Below are positions 61,253 to 64,000 of a stretch of 64,000 nt of DNA, piece by piece. This DNA comes from an uncultured Acidobacteriota bacterium (GTDB taxonomy: Bacteria; Acidobacteriota; UBA6911): positions 62,519 to 126,518 of the forward strand of contig CAWHCF010000032.1 in the NCBI GenBank assembly GCA_963827655.1, in the 5' to 3' direction. Made by a program: the position numbers and the translations under genes. The notes below the pieces were generated by a model. That model did not search any database. It was not told the DNA's origin and worked only from the letters and a program-made list of their open reading frames with translations. Positions within the stretch are counted from its first letter, which is position 1. Each line of letters begins with the position of its first letter.

Positions 61253-63946
61253 ATGCTCAGTCGCATTCGATCGTGGCTCGACAGCGTTCTGCGCCGCAGC
61301 AAGGTGGAGAAGGAAATGGCCAGCGAGATGGAGTTTCACCTCGCCGTGCGCAGGGATGACCTCATCCGCCGGGGTCTTTCAGCCGACGAGGCGTCGCGGC
61401 ATGCGCGGCTTGAGTTCGGAGCGGTCGAGCGCTACAAGGAAGAGTGCCGTGAGTCTCTGGGCTTGCGCTTGCTCGACCAGCTGCGCGGCGATCTGCGCTA
61501 CGCGTGGCGGCAACTCGGCAAGACCCCAACGTTCACGATCCTGGCGGTGGCCATTCTCGCCATTGGAATCGGCGCCAACACGGCCATCTTCAGTGCCATT
61601 GATGCGTTCTTATTGCGGATGCTGCCCGTTCAACAACCGGAACAGCTCCGGCGGCTGGAATGGGCGGCTCGGAAGACGGGGTTTTTCCGCTCGTACGACG
61701 GAGACACAAAAAAGAACTCGGCTGGGGAGCGGGTCGCATGGTCGATCTCTTATCCTGTCTACAAGTACCTGCGCGATCACACGTCAACCCTCTCCGGCCT
61801 CATCACGTTCAGTAGCGTGCAAAGGATTAACCTCACGATCCGCGGACACGCTGAATTAGCGGGAGGCCAGGTTGTCTCCGGCAATTATTTCTCGACGCTC
61901 GGGAGCCAGACGCTTCTCGGCCGGACGCTCACGCCTGAGGACGACCAGCCGGGCGGGATCTCCGCGCTTGCCGTGCTGAGCTACGGCTTCTGGCAGCGGA
62001 TGTTCGGCGGCGACGCGCAGGTCCTGAGACAGAGCTTCGCCGTAAACGGAACGCCCGTGGTCATCGTTGGGGTGCTGCCCAAGAACTCCTGTGGCATCAG
62101 CCCATACTGTCCGGACGTCATCTTACCGATGGCGATGGAGCCGGTCCTATACCCTGGCTCGGACGTGCTGCAGAAACCGGATCGCTGGAACTTGGAGGCC
62201 ATGGGGCGGCTGAAGCCCGGAGTTTCCGAAGAGCGGGCTCGAGCGGAGATCGAGTTGCTGATGCGCCAGGCGATTCTCGACTACAAGCCTGATCGTGAAT
62301 ACGATCCGCCACGCGTGGCGTTGATTCCCGGCGGCCAGGGACTCGACCGCGTGCGCAACACGCTCGAGCAACCCTTCAGGATCCTCGCCTGGGCGGTCGG
62401 CGCGGTGTTGGTGATCGCTTGCGCGAACATCGCGGGATTGCTGCTGGCGAGGGCTACGGCACGCCACCGCGAAATTGGGATACGGTTGGCCATCGGGGCG
62501 AGCCGCGGACGCCTGGTCCGGCAACTGCTCACCGAGAGCCTGCTCTTGTCCGCATTAGGCGGGGCTGCAGGCGTTCTCCTGGCGTACCTCGCGGGAGACT
62601 CAATCGCCCGCCTATTTGTGACGGATCCGAGACCGCTTGCCGTCGAGGTTGCCCTTAACTTCCGGATGCTGGCGTTTTCGGTTGCAATGTGTGTCGCCAC
62701 GGGCCTCGTATTTGGCCTGGCCCCCGCGTTGCGCGCAACGCGCGTCGATCTGCTTCCGATGCTCAAGACCTCCAGCGCAACGGCGGAGCGGTCGCGCTAC
62801 CGCATCGGGAAGGCGCTGATCGCCGTCCAGGTGGCGCTGTCGCTGATTCTCGCGGTGGGCGCAACCGTTTTCGTGCGCACGCTGATCAATCTCAACTCAG
62901 AGCCGATCGGTTTCCGGCCCGAAAACCTGCTCGTGTTTCAGTTAAACCCCACCTTGAACGGCTACAAGGAGCAACGGCTCCTCAACTTCCACGAGGACGT
63001 TGTCCGGCGGCTTGGGCAGATTCCCGGCGTTCGGTCCGCCTCAATGTCACGATGGGGCATATTGAGCGGAGGCGCGACGCGGGACGGAGTGACTCTACCG
63101 GGTCAGCAGAAGGGAGTGCCGGTCTACATCCACTACGTCTCGCCGCGGTTCTTCGAGACGATCGGTTTCCCGCTGCTCGCCGGCCGCGATATCGCCTGGA
63201 GCGACCGGGAGACCTCGCAGCGCGTGATGGTCATCAATGAGACGTTGGCCAAGCAGATCTTTGCGGGCCAAAATCCCGTGGGACGCAGCGTCGAGATGAA
63301 CGGCAATGACGTCGAGATCGTTGGCCTGGCGGGTGACACCAAGTTCGAAAGCTTGCGGCGGTCGGTCCCGGCGACGGTCTACATTCCTTTCCGCCAGAAT
63401 GTGCAGTTCTCGATGACCTACGTGGTCCGCTCCGAAACCGAGCTGCAGGCGCTAGTCACGGCGGTCCGGCGGGTGGTGGAAAGCGTCGATCCGAACGTTC
63501 CAATGTATGAAGTCAAGACGCAGGTGGAGCAGATCAACGACCTGATCCGGCGCGAGCGGCTGTTTGCAGCCCTGCTCTCCGGATTCGCGGTGCTGGCGCT
63601 AGTGCTCGCCTGCATGGGCATCTACGGAACCCTGGCCTACCTGGTGACGCGCCGGACACCGGAGATCGGGTTGCGGCAGGCGCTCGGCGCCAAGCGTGCG
63701 GATATCGTAGGACTCGTGCTCCGGGAGTCGATAACGCCGGTCACGGTCGGGGTCGTGATCGGCGTTGCCGGATCCCTTGCGGCGGGGAAGCTGGTAGAAA
63801 GTATCCTCTTCGGCTTGAAGCCGCAGGACCCGCTGGCGCTGGCCACGGCGTCCGCCATCCTGCTGGGAAGCGCTATCCTCGCCGGCTGGTGGCCTGCGCA
63901 TCGCGCGTCGCGAATCGCTCCGATGGCAGCGCTCCGGCAGGAGTGA
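61253..63946 (+). CDS. ADOP-type duplicated permease with prefix (module 4)
   Basis: RRSKVEKEMASEMEFHL....GLSADEASRHARLEFG...KEECRESLG; VSGNYFSTLG; two FtsX repeats; APMAALRQE. Confidence 0.92.
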   Translation: MLSRIRSWLDSVLRRSKVEKEMASEMEFHLAVRRDDLIRRGLSADEASRHARLEFGAVERYKEECRESLGLRLLDQLRGDLRYAWRQLGKTPTFTILAVAILAIGIGANTAIFSAIDAFLLRMLPVQQPEQLRRLEWAARKTGFFRSYDGDTKKNSAGERVAWSISYPVYKYLRDHTSTLSGLITFSSVQRINLTIRGHAELAGGQVVSGNYFSTLGSQTLLGRTLTPEDDQPGGISALAVLSYGFWQRMFGGDAQVLRQSFAVNGTPVVIVGVLPKNSCGISPYCPDVILPMAMEPVLYPGSDVLQKPDRWNLEAMGRLKPGVSEERARAEIELLMRQAILDYKPDREYDPPRVALIPGGQGLDRVRNTLEQPFRILAWAVGAVLVIACANIAGLLLARATARHREIGIRLAIGASRGRLVRQLLTESLLLSALGGAAGVLLAYLAGDSIARLFVTDPRPLAVEVALNFRMLAFSVAMCVATGLVFGLAPALRATRVDLLPMLKTSSATAERSRYRIGKALIAVQVALSLILAVGATVFVRTLINLNSEPIGFRPENLLVFQLNPTLNGYKEQRLLNFHEDVVRRLGQIPGVRSASMSRWGILSGGATRDGVTLPGQQKGVPVYIHYVSPRFFETIGFPLLAGRDIAWSDRETSQRVMVINETLAKQIFAGQNPVGRSVEMNGNDVEIVGLAGDTKFESLRRSVPATVYIPFRQNVQFSMTYVVRSETELQALVTAVRRVVESVDPNVPMYEVKTQVEQINDLIRRERLFAALLSGFAVLALVLACMGIYGTLAYLVTRRTPEIGLRQALGAKRADIVGLVLRESITPVTVGVVIGVAGSLAAGKLVESILFGLKPQDPLALATASAILLGSAILAGWWPAHRASRIAPMAALRQE

Positions 63947-64000
63947 AGGGCCTGCGCCAAAGCGTTGAGGCAACCGCGCGATTGATCCCGCAAAACGCCG

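Overview
GC-rich bacterial window, most likely Acidobacteriota (inferred from five orphan duplicated MacB/FtsX-type 'ADOP' permeases, acidobacterial-type PadR regulators and an Oar-like TonB-dependent receptor). 1-31 kb holds mostly exported hydrolases (tricorn protease, GGT, serine hydrolase, alpha/beta hydrolases), a TIR-TM-PASTA protein, an orphan TPR histidine kinase, a GT2/YfhO glycosylation cluster and a TonB receptor. 31-48 kb holds small stand-alone genes: kinase-propeller fusion, APH(6)-like kinase, P450, methyltransferases, FKBP, MFS, nitrilase and an aminotransferase. 48-64 kb is an array of four PadR+ADOP modules. Ten apparent single-base frameshifts in 0.7-39 kb are probably assembly errors. 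The non-coding DNA is rich in structure: three copies of a 231-233 bp IS5-type MITE, several REP/STRR-like repeats, and a family of roughly 125-160 bp imperfect palindromes that punctuates the ADOP region. Each PadR-ADOP promoter also carries two copies of its own palindromic operator in a conserved geometry. Best candidate for an under-described system: paralogous PadR/orphan-permease membrane-signalling modules with paralog-specific operators, bounded by repeated hairpin sites that could be cassette recombination sites. I saw no rRNA, tRNA, CRISPR array, transposase or integrase. All family assignments come from motif recognition by eye, not from database searches.
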